Assembly: GCA_036172245.1 (NCBI GenBank)
Contig: JAYWIR010000034.1
Span: forward strand, 1,736,001-1,800,000
Direction: 5' to 3'
Length of the DNA: 64,000 bases
Source of the DNA: Raillietiella orientalis
Taxonomy: Eukaryota
The notes under the pieces are model-generated. The model had not been told where the DNA came from and did not search any database. It was given only the letters and a program-made list of their open reading frames with translations. Of the stretch, positions 21,501 to 31,887 are shown in pieces (the stretch's first letter is position 1; each line of letters starts with the position of its first letter). Both the position numbers and the translations under genes were made by a program.

Positions 21501-24500
21501 CTCCACTACGCAATAATGGTGACACGTAATTCTCTGAATGTTAGGCTGGATTTCAAAACACCGTAAAAAATGTACCTTGCAGAAATGGTCGGAAGATGAT
21601 ATCACAACCAGATTTTGCAAGAATTAGCTCATACGCATGCATAATTATACGAAGCACTCTATTTGATTGCTTACTGCATAATAACATGTGTGACGCAACT
21701 TAAATATACAAAGGATCGATTGATGCTGCATCCGATGCAAGAATTATTTTATGAGGAAGGAGAAAATGTAATTCAGTTTATAAATATCACATATGCACGT
21801 GGTGCTCTGTAGTTTCGAAGCGTTGATCGTGTCAGAACACTTTCCAGACTCACTTTAAGTGGCCAGAGCGATTCCTGAATCAAACTTTAAGACGAAATGA
21901 CTGCTCATCCGAGTAAACCAAAGCAGGGGTGGACCATAGCAAGACCGGATGGACATTCTTGTCATGCACAGAAACATCTCAGACCATCATCGTGCTGCGT
22001 TCCGAATTCCAACATGAAATAAGCGTTCGCTGCAAAGGCACTTTTCGTAACAAGAGTGTAGAAAGAAGCAAAAGAGGAGACGGAACTAGCTTTTTCCTTA
22101 ATGCATTAGAAGCATCCTGGGAGACTGACAGGCTGTTCCTTGCCTTTCTCCTTAAAGATGAAACAATTCGTTTGAAAGAAGTGCAAAGTCTAAATTCTGG
22201 GGACTGTGCAAAAAAGGCACTCGCAAAAACGTGAAACTTCAGTTGCGCCCCTATTGAGAGCCAGGACAGAGCATACCGTGCAACGATTTTGGAGGGATCT
22301 CTTGCGGACAGTTTCTCTTTTATTTTATTTTTTTTGTAAACTATGAATGGATTCTTTTTGATTTATAAGTCCCATTTTTTTTTTTTTGCCACGAAAAGGT
22401 TCGTGGTCAGGTGCACAAGTTTGCATGCAATGAGGAGTTGTCACTTGTCACAACTGTTCCAACTTTCAGAGAAACTGCATCACAAGCAGTGATCAAACGG
22501 GTGCTCCGACTTCATTCCATGCAAACTCGTAGACCCTTTGCCGTTTTAGCACGTGAATGCTCTGTAAAGACGTGTTCTCAGGGGTCTTTCAAGATCCCGA
22601 AGAAACACACTCCTTACGAACAGTGGAACATGCGCCAAATTCTGAACAATTACTGGTCCAGTATGGGCAACCTCTTCAACAGCCAGCCTGTCGAACACAT
22701 CGCCTTCTACTACGGAAACAAGCGCGCTTTGTTCTCCGCTTTCATCGGTGAGTCTGAAAGAGCGGGAACAAAACCATTCGCGGTTCCCACTCAGGGCACT
22801 ACACGATGTCCCTGATACCGCTGGCTTTGCTCGGGATCTTCTGCTCCGTGTATTCCATCGTCACAGAGAAGGAGGTCGTTTACGATATCTGTGACAGCGA
22901 CCAGGTCATGTGTTCCAACTGCATGGATAGCATCGCGGTGAATGTATCTGCAAATAATTATGAGATGTGGAACATCCAGTGCTACGGGCAGACTCTCAGG
23001 TCTCAGTGCACGACTGCAAAGAGGAATTATCTCTTCGACAATTCAGGGAATTACGTCTTCGGCGTCATAACATCTCTCTGGGGTAAGCCATGAAAGGACG
23101 ATCACCTTGTTATTTTTGGAAGCAACCTTCTGCTTCCAAATGCTTTCCACGCACTACCTCTTTCACGTCTGTCACGACATTACAGAAGACGTTTCTGAGG
23201 CTTCCATGCGCGGATGTCTTTCGATGAGGAGACGAAAAAACAGATGGTGAGAGAAAAGCAACAGAAAAACAGTTTTCTGCTTCTGAAGAGGAGAGATGGC
23301 ATTCGTCGAACAAACTGCGTGATAGGAAATTTTGGAAAGCAAAACCAAAACATAGGAACAATGGGATTAGGAATGATCAGTTATCACGCAATGACGGGGC
23401 CAGCCAGATGTCCTTTCTGACCATTCTTTGCCATTTCCATCATGGCTACTTATTTGAAAAGAATGCATCTGCTGGACTTGTGTGATATGCTTCAATCTGT
23501 TGGTAGTCATCTATGTCTGTCGATTTGTTCTTGAAAGTCAATAGCATTAGTGTCCGTGCTTATCGCTTTCAGGTAACTTGTGCTCAGTTTGGATATTTCT
23601 TCATGAAACACGACGCTAGTGCACTCGCGATTTTCGCAATAATCAAAGTGATTTCTTCTTTTTCTTGCTATGCCCGTTTTTTGTCTTCAGCATGAGGAAT
23701 GCCAGGATCCGAATTTGCAACTCGACAGGCGGAATGTCCACTTCGCGGAAGGCCAAAGCACTCCCCAAACACTCACGAAACGTGGCGTTTCAGATGTTTG
23801 GCTTGTTCCTTTCCATTCGGACTCAGCGTGGCAACAACCCGTGTCCTTTCGCATACGCTCCAGCATTCCGTGGACGTCTACGAACCTTTTCCGTGATCAT
23901 GCGCTCTCCATCCTAAAATCTCATTCCTAAAGATTCGCAGTCTTGGCTCCTCTCAAGCTCTCTAATTTTCGAGTTCTCGTCTCCTGGTTACGATCTGGTC
24001 GAGAGGTACATGTCGTACGTTTCCGCATTTCTCACAAGAGGATGCGCCAAGACAATGGAGGAGATCAGCGCGACAAGTTTTGCCGAAGGCATCGATCCTC
24101 TGTAGAGGATGCCTAGTGCCATCGATGGAGTCAGTTTTCCGTAAAAAAGCTTCATTCATCCATCACAGGCATCACAAACGTCGTTGCTGTCTATACATCC
24201 GAGGAGGTTCGTTTGAGACTCGCACTATCGAAGCAGACCGCGGATGGCTTCTTGCTGAAGCTGTCCAGTGATGGAGGTGCTGTGCCGCTAGGTAGATAAA
24301 TCTGCTTGCTGTCTGATAGTTCACTGTCCAAAATGGTCACAGTGGCTGTGCAAGGGAGAGAATAGTCTGCGTAAACACTTAGCAGCAGACGAGTATCCAC
24401 CAGAAAACAGATATCTGGTTGCGAATTCATTGCACTCAGGCAAGGGTTGCACGTTCGAAGAGTCGGAAGAGTCCGTTACAGCTTGAGCGGTCGAATCTGG

Positions 24501-27500
24501 AACGCTCGAAAAGAACTCTCCGAGTGGAAGAACGAGTCGCGCGAAGATCGGGAAGCGGACATTTCGACAACACGCCTTTGCGCACCAAGTAAACGGAAAA
24601 CGGCCATTTCGACGAGAACATGGCGGCGACTCATCGGAAGCTCACCTGTCGTCCACCACCAAATGCAAGTGCAGTTTGTTTTCGGGAGGGAGCTTAATTA
24701 AAGGATGGAGCGCGCAATGCAGGAACCACGGAATGTCAACAGACCGGAAAATTGACTCCTTAGCACGCCATGCTGCAAACACGTAGCCGATGGCTGCTGC
24801 GTAATCGCCGATTTGTCAGGCCGCTCTGGACGTCCCCGCGCCGAGCTACCCGAGAACCTTCCTGTGAAAATCTTTATTGAAAAATTCTTAATTTTTGCTG
24901 TCTCTGTTTGCTTCTTTGGCGCTAACAAAAAGTCTACAACTGTTGTCACATGCAAGCTGTGGCCATGATGGAGTTCTGGAAGAACAAGCAGAGTGCGATG
25001 AGCCACAACTGGCATGCCGTGGAGATGCCGAGCATTTTCCAGCACACGAGGGCCCAGTACTCGAACCGATGCAAGTACTTTTTAAAGGACCCATTCAGCG
25101 GTAAGCGTTTCCGGTCACCGGACGTCCTCTCCTTCCGTCAGCAAGCGGCGTCCGTTTGAGCGCGAGGGGATGTGCCGGGGGAAGGAGGCGGAATCCCCAC
25201 CTCTCTCCGATTGTCGACGGGCGGAACGTTCGAAACCGCTGACTGGAAGCCCCTAAACCGACTGCATTTCCGTCTGCGGGCTCGCCTCTCAATCCAACCG
25301 ACGATTGCGCGCCAGCGCTGCAGCGAGTGGCGCCGTGCCGGAACGGCGGCGGCGGGGATCACTCTGTGAGACGGTTACGGGCCAAGCCTTGTTGTGCGCA
25401 CCCGTGCGCTCCCTGCTTTCGGCGTACACAGGTAGGGAAGCCACCCGGTCGCTGCCAGGGTGATGGCACAGGGCACGGCGAACGCGCGCGAATCCAACGG
25501 CCCACCAATCACCTGCTTGTCGTCTCTGCCGTGCACTCCCCCAGGACCGAGCGGGGTGACTCACTAGGTGTAGGCATCGACACAGAGGTCAGTCATAAGC
25601 GGACACAAAATCTCTCCTGCTCCGATCTCCGCGGACGCATCGATCCCCAGGAAACTCCCGTGCTGCCTTGCTTACCGTCGGCATTGCGTGCGATGTTGCG
25701 CCAAGATGGCTCCACGCGTTTCTGGCGCAGAGACAAATCGGTGATCGCGAAGGCAGAGCGTTTTCCGCTGCTTGGGGACCACGGGTGCGCGCAACCACCC
25801 GAGGGCAGACAGGTCTCACTCGGCCGGCTGGCGGGCGTGGTTGTCTGTGGCAGACCGTAGGAGGGGAGCGGCGGCCTCATCCAGCTGGTGGGTAGGTCCA
25901 TCATATCATCCATCTGTTCGGAAGGCCCCCCAGCTGCTTACCACGAGACCCTGTGATGCTTCCTCCCTGGCCGTGGCGAGACGGGAGGCATCAATCTTTC
26001 GAGACGAGGCTGCTGGGTGGAGAGCTCGCTCCACTTGGCCCGCGTGGGCTGCGAGCCTCAGCCGAGAGATGTGCGGGTGAGGCAGCGGAGCGAACGTGCG
26101 CGAGCCGAGACGAAGCGGCCCAGGTGAGCGAGCAGAGGGGAGGAGGGAGCTTCTCCAGGCATCCATGAATCGAGGTGGATCGGCAGGGTAGGTCCGGAGA
26201 ATTCTTAAGAGGCCGGGACGCGTTTGGAAGCTGCGGCCTCGCAACAGGGAAGGGCATGACCTACCGCATGCGGAACCGCTTCTTGGCCAACAGCCTCGCG
26301 GGCTTCTTCAGCGTCCTCATCCATATGTGCCTCATCCACATGTGCCTGCCGGAGGTTTCTTCCTGCGGAAGTCGCAGCAAGAAACCTCCGTACAGCTCAG
26401 TGGGCGGAAGTGGACGGAGCAGAGGGAGCTTTCGCGGTGCAACGCCTGCCAGTCGGAGCCGTCCAGTATCAGCATCAGATGGGCGGAGATGAGAGAAGGC
26501 GGAGCTCCCGCGTTCAGTGCGGGGCCTCGGGCGATCGACCGCACGCGCAATCACAGAGGGCGCGCCGCAGCGCGAACGGCTGGGGAGCGGCGGGGGGTGG
26601 GATGATTGGGAGGAAGGAAGGAAAGACGTGAGCGCCGCGTTTGACCCCGACGGTGCAGAGCTCCTTCCGCTCTCGCGCCGCGCGGGGAGAGCCTCATAAA
26701 TCGCCAGGGCTGAAAGCGAACCGGCCGGGAGGCTGCGCAAATAGACATCCGCGTAAGTGGAAGGGCTGCTGCTACTGCTGCTGCTCTTTTCTATCTTCCC
26801 GCGCACCTCCCTGGGAAACCCGAGGAGGGAAGAGGGAAAGGCGCGCGGACAATCCGCCGCCACCGGCGGCGACTCTTCGTACTCTCTCCGCCTTCTCGGT
26901 CTGAGAGGGGCCTTTGGGGATAACTCCGAAGGAAATCGGCAGGTGGAGAAGGCTACGGGAGCGCACGAGGAAGGGGTGGGGAGGGGTCGACTCTCTCACT
27001 TTGAGAGCATCCGCGTCGAAAGTCGCGCTTCCCAAGAGCAGCGGTCGGTCTTCGGCGCCTCGGACCGCTGAGCCGACAGCTGACCTGGCTGACTTGCGCT
27101 TTCGCCGCTGCAGCCCTTCGCATCCCGGAGGGAGGAGAAGCCATCGCTTGACCTGGGGACGCGAAGCCCGAGGGCGCCTCCAAGAATCCTCCGGCACCAT
27201 CCCGGAGTGGTGGCCTCGCAGGGCCGGCGGCGCGCGGACTTTCACCTCTCCCTCCCCTCTCATTTTTGTTCTCTTTGAGGGGGCGGCCACTGCGATCCAC
27301 TTCGCTTTAGCGAGAGAGGCAGGAAGCGGCGACGTTGAAGACGGAAAGGAGAAAGGGGCGAGAGCATCCCGGAAGCAGCCGCGAGAGGGCTGGACGGGTC
27401 TTGGGGCCACTCCGAGGGAAGGGAAGACGCCGCGGAGAATCCCGGAGCTCTCTGGAGGCATCCCCTGCTCCGGAACAGCGATAAGGACCGTCGCAGCACC

Positions 27501-30500
27501 GGTGTTCGCGCGCCGCCTCGGGGTGCGTGTGAGGTGGGGGGCGCTCGCCAGGGAAGGCACGAGAAATTTCCGTCCCGGCTTCCTGGGCGAGCAGCGAAAG
27601 GCGAGGCAAATAACCGCCTCTCAGAGCGGTCATCCCCACCCCATCCCTTCCTGCTGCTGCTACTGAAACGCGTGCCCTCTGCGCTCACTCACTTGCTCGC
27701 AACGCGGGAGTTCCTCGAGATGGACGGAGGATGAGGGCGAGAGGTCCGGCGCACTCCTCGTTTGGCTGAGGAGAGCCCTCCTGCATCCTGGGTTCCCGCC
27801 TTGCTTGCGGCCCCACTCGTCCCCTCGGTCCGACGCATCTGTCAGCACTGCTCCCTTCCTCTGCTCCCAGGGGCAGAGGAAGAGAGCAGGGCGGGAGTAC
27901 AGACCCCCCATACCCCCTGTTGCACGCGCGCAAGGACGTCCCTACCGTGAGAGAGAGCAGGCGGGAGTAGGATGGTCGCCTTGCTCACTCCAAGGGGCAC
28001 GCCCGCCCTCCAGCGGTGCTCCGCAGCTCTGACCTCTCCTGCTTCTAGGACGGAACGAGCCCTACTTCCCCGAAACGGATCACCTCCTGAGGAGGTTCGT
28101 GGCCATGATGGGCGTGCTGTTCTTCGTGAGTGGGCCGGGGTTGAGTCGCAGGAGTGAATGGCGCTGCGACCGGGCCGCAGACCCTCTTCGTGCTGTGCAT
28201 GCTGGGCATCGTCCTCTTCGTGCGCTGGTTGCTGCTCAACGAGATGACCTACCGCATGCGGAACCGCTTCTTGGCCAACAGCCTCGCGGGCTTCTTCAGC
28301 GTCCTCATCCACATGTGCCTCGTGCAGCTGCTCAACTTCGTCTGGAAGAAGATGGCGTACCAACTCACCGAGTGGGGTCAGTGAGCGCCCGGCGCCTTCA
28401 GACGATCCCCGGAGTAGGCAGACACGACCGCAGGTCTGAAGGCAGCTCCGTGGCAGCAGCCTGCAGTTCCCCTGACTGCCCAATCCGTCCTCCCCGGAGG
28501 AGGCGACGGCAGTGCTGGGCGGCAAGGGAAAACCCAAGGGGAGAGACGCCTTTCGACTCGTCTTTCCCCGGAGGCACGCCCTCTGGATGCGGTCGGGGAC
28601 CCCTGCCTGGAGTCGCTGGCCGACCCGCGGCAGGCCATGACTCTTCCTCCGCACTCAGAGTCGGGAAAGAAATCGCTTCTCGGCCTTTTGGCTAAGATCA
28701 AAGTGTAGAAACCGTCAGCGCCCCGGTGATAGTCTCATGCCCTCGTAATCCTCGGAGGTTACACGGCTGCCCGTAGCCCCAGAGACGGCGGCGGCGAACT
28801 GCGCCAACTCTCGGATCCGCCGTGTGCGCTCAGGTCCCTCGCGCTGCCCGTGCGCTTTCCCACCATCTTTCCCCTCCCTCCTCTTCCTCTGTGATGGCGT
28901 CTGGCGCTCGCTGTCCAGAACCTCCGGTGATGATGCACTGCCCGCTCCACGCAGAGATGTACCGGACGCAGATCGACTTCGACGATGCCTACATACTGAA
29001 GCTGTTCGTCGTCATGGTGATCAACACATTCGACATGATGCTGTACGCGGCCTTCTTCATGGGTCAGCACCTGGGCACCCCGGACAAACCCACGAAGCTG
29101 CTGGGCATTCGGCTAAGTTGGGTGAGCGGCTGGGCCGGGGGGAGGGCGGGGGGGCAAGGATCAGAGCGCACCTCAACGCCCCTCCTCCTCCTCCACAGTG
29201 CAACATGAGCTGCCTGTACGAGCTGTCCTCGTACATGATCGTGTACCTGAGCCTGACCCAGGTCGGCAAAACGATCCTCAGGATCGTGCTGCCCATCATC
29301 ACCGTGAAGCGCTTCCGAAACATCAGCAAGATGCAGTCGAGTGGTGCTCCCCAGTATGAGAAGGACTACTTCCTCCTCGAGTCCAAGGATGTGCACCCGG
29401 AGTTCATAGGGATCGGTGGGTCCTCCACGCTCCTTCCCCCAGCCCCCCCACCCTATAGCCCTCCGCCTCTCCCAGCAGCCTTGCAGTTCACGTGCATCAG
29501 CCTGTTCGCCACGGCATTCCCAATGGGACCGACCTTCGCCCTCATCCACAACATGGCGCTGATCCGCACGGTGGCCCACGAGGTCAACTCGCTGGCGAGG
29601 CGCGCCGTCCCCCACCGACTCGCCAACATCGGCATCTGGCAGACCATCTTCACCATCCTCGCATACACCGCCTGCCTAGTGAACGTAAATCTCGCGCTCC
29701 CTTTCGGGCCAGACCCTGTCTGGACGACGCCGGGAGCGCATCCCGAGCAGCAGATGGCAGCTCCGTTTGCCTTACCGCTTAGACGCGCCCCTCGATGCCT
29801 AAAATGGTGGCGCAGAACGAAGAGACACCTCCAGGAGCGCATGGCCTACTCACGGACTCCTGCGTGCGAAGCGCGCGCGCGCAATTCTCTGCATGGGGAG
29901 AGCCCCGGGGAAGCCCCGGCCGCGCTAGAAGAAGGAAGGGGGAGGGGAGAGAAGGAGACTTGGTTTGCTGGCTCCCGAACGGCGCACTGCAAACGCCCCA
30001 CGATCGCACGCGGCTGCTTTCCCTTCATGCGGCAGTGGTTGAGGCGGTCTCCGCGCAAACTCGCATCGTCGGGCGACCAGAATGAGGGGGAGGGGGGGGG
30101 GCAATCTCGGCAGACGCTACCGCGCGCGCGCCAGGGATAGGGCGAGCGAGACCGACGCATCTTCTTGACCCCCTCCTAGGGAGTGCTGTTGGCGTTTGGA
30201 TCGGAGTGCATCACGAAGGCCTACTACAGGTTCAAGTACGGCACCCTGGAGGGGTTCTTCAACTTCACGCTCAGCTACGCCAAGAAGTACGACTGCTACT
30301 ACCGGGGCTTCCGCGACGAGCACTACGATCTGAGCATCGTCCATTATGAGCTGCTCTTCTACAAAGTTCTCTTTCTGATCTGCATGGAGGTAGCGTCGAT
30401 GGCCACCCATTGCTTGCGGGGTATCCGTTCCCAGCACATCGTTTTCATCATCAACATGATGATCAGAACCCTGGTCCCCACGATCCCGGAGCACATCAGG

Positions 30501-30696
30501 CGACTGAAGAGGCAGGAATGGCTGATGGAGAAGACCATCTTGATGTCGGACATCGCGTCGACCATGGTGAGCGGCCGCAAACCCGTGGGCTGCCCAGGCG
30601 GCACGGACTTGCGTACGCTTCCAGGAATCCGAAGCGCTGGAGTCCATTCAGAGCATAGATGTGTCGGTGCCGCAAACCGTCCAAAAGATGCAGTGA
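18592..30696 (+). CDS. Anoctamin / TMEM16 family protein (divergent, 5' end unresolved), >=832 aa
   Basis: Exons: 18592-18828, 18873-19090, 19132-19300, 22582-22747, 22795-23082, 24957-25100, 28049-28125, 28181-28376, 28955-29121, 29199-29415, 29479-29684, 30180-30389, 30435-30566, 30625-30696 (TGA). All introns are GT-AG and in phase; total 2499 nt = 833 codons. Motifs: KIDFVIVW, FFSTAQR, GIESL..AAYPIHDG, QPVEHIAFYYG, MEFWK, EPYFP, LTEWEMYRTQ..F...YILKLF, CLYEL, FATAFPMGPTFAL, RRAVP...NIGIW, CYYRGFR, ICMEHIVF. Confidence 0.93.
20030..21380 (+). mobile_element. Highly decayed non-LTR retrotransposon (RTE-like RT) remnant in an anoctamin intron
   Basis: Frameshifted fragments in the expected order: LFKG..CENYKVLSRML..EISGFRR (cf. 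PLFKKG..C.NYR..K..SRIL..EQ.GFR), GVGRQQQCGKSL (cf. GVRQGC..SP), KCLG (cf. KYLG), TPTL..SEAL, RMNALEV (cf. RMNA.EM), VTTTDR (cf. VTR.DR). Confidence 0.45.
21427..21449. repeat. (CA)n microsatellite
   Basis: Interrupted CA run just 3' of the LINE remnant. Confidence 0.75.
26256..26347 (+). repeat. Intronic partial duplicate of anoctamin exon 28181-28376
   Basis: 26256-26333 matches 28244-28321 at 77 of 78 nt, followed by a tandem second copy of the 15-nt unit CTCATCCAYATGTGC. Confidence 0.95.
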
Positions 30697-30715
30697 AAAA
30701 TGGCGGCGGCGACGT

Positions 30716-30721
30716 AATAAA
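30716..30721 (+). promoter_or_regulatory. AATAAA polyadenylation signal of the anoctamin
   Basis: AATAAA begins 20 nt after the predicted TGA at 30694-30696. Confidence 0.55.
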
Positions 30722-31238
30722 ATATGGAATCGAGTGCTCGGGTCGGAGCGCCTTCGCACACACGCGTCTGCGCGAGAGGCGCGGGAATGGGGTGATCACC
30801 CGTTCACCCTTCCCTTCTGTCTCTCTCCCTCCCCCTCTCGCGACCGAACCGCCCTCCTGCTGTGCGTACGCTGGGTGGTGGTGACTCATGGCCGAAGAAC
30901 AAGAGGGGCTGAAAGGGAGGGTGAAGAGGGGCTGCCCCGGAGAGCTGAGCAGCGCCGCGAGTCCGGGGTGAGAAACGCTTTTCTCCACTGCCTCTGACCC
31001 CAGTGTCACGCGGGCGCTCCGCGAGAAGGCGCTAGGCGTGGAGGAGAGGTAGCAGTTAGGGGACCGCCCGCGCGCCCCGCGTTCGACTCAGCACCAGGCG
31101 GGAGGCGAAAGGAGTCTCCACGCTCCCGGAACTGCACCCGCCGAACTCCCATCCACGTCGCCTCCCGCGAAACGAGAACACAGGGATTCGCACGCCCCCT
31201 ACTGGTGTGCGCTGCGTGGTTCATCTGGGGCGAAAACT

Positions 31239-31244
31239 TTTATT
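31239..31244 (-). promoter_or_regulatory. Candidate AATAAA polyadenylation signal of dpr
   Basis: TTTATT on the plus strand, ~650 nt downstream of the dpr stop, in a locally AT-rich patch. Confidence 0.4.
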
Positions 31245-31887
31245 GACATTCCAAATAAATCTGAGCCGAAGGAAAGTCCTCATGAAAATTGATGGCGGCG
31301 CAGCGAGAAATTCCCACGGCTGCTCACGGTGGAGATGCAGCGCAAATGAATTTTTAATCGGTCGTTTTTCGGAATCCAAGCGGCCCCCGCCCGTCTCGGG
31401 AGCAGGTTCCGACCGAGTAGTGACCTCTGCCCGGGAGCAAGACACGCATCTGCGAAGGGTACGCATGGGGGCGAACATTCTAGCCGCCACGTGTTCTTTG
31501 CAAACGGCCAGTTCATCATGTCTTGTAGGAGTCACAGGAGCACGCGCGGGCTCGCTCCACGAGTCCGGCGAGTGGACGGCACTGCACTCGAATCCACCGT
31601 CCACCAAAGCAGAGGCGACTCGGGAAATCGCGCACCCCACCATCTGGGTGCCGGATTGTTTTCCACCGCACATCACCGGGTGCTGTTTCCGGAAGCCTAC
31701 TCTGCCATCCTCCTCCACGTGGGGCGAGGGGAAGACATCCGTTCTGCCGCCGCAATGGGGAGCTGCCGCTGTCTGGACTCCCTCATGCCTCCTTTCCGCT
31801 TCCAAGGGCTGGCGAAGGCATCGCACGCGTTTCCAGTGCCGTGCTGCATAGAAGTGTAGGAACCTCCTCTGGGCGGGGAAGGGTTTC

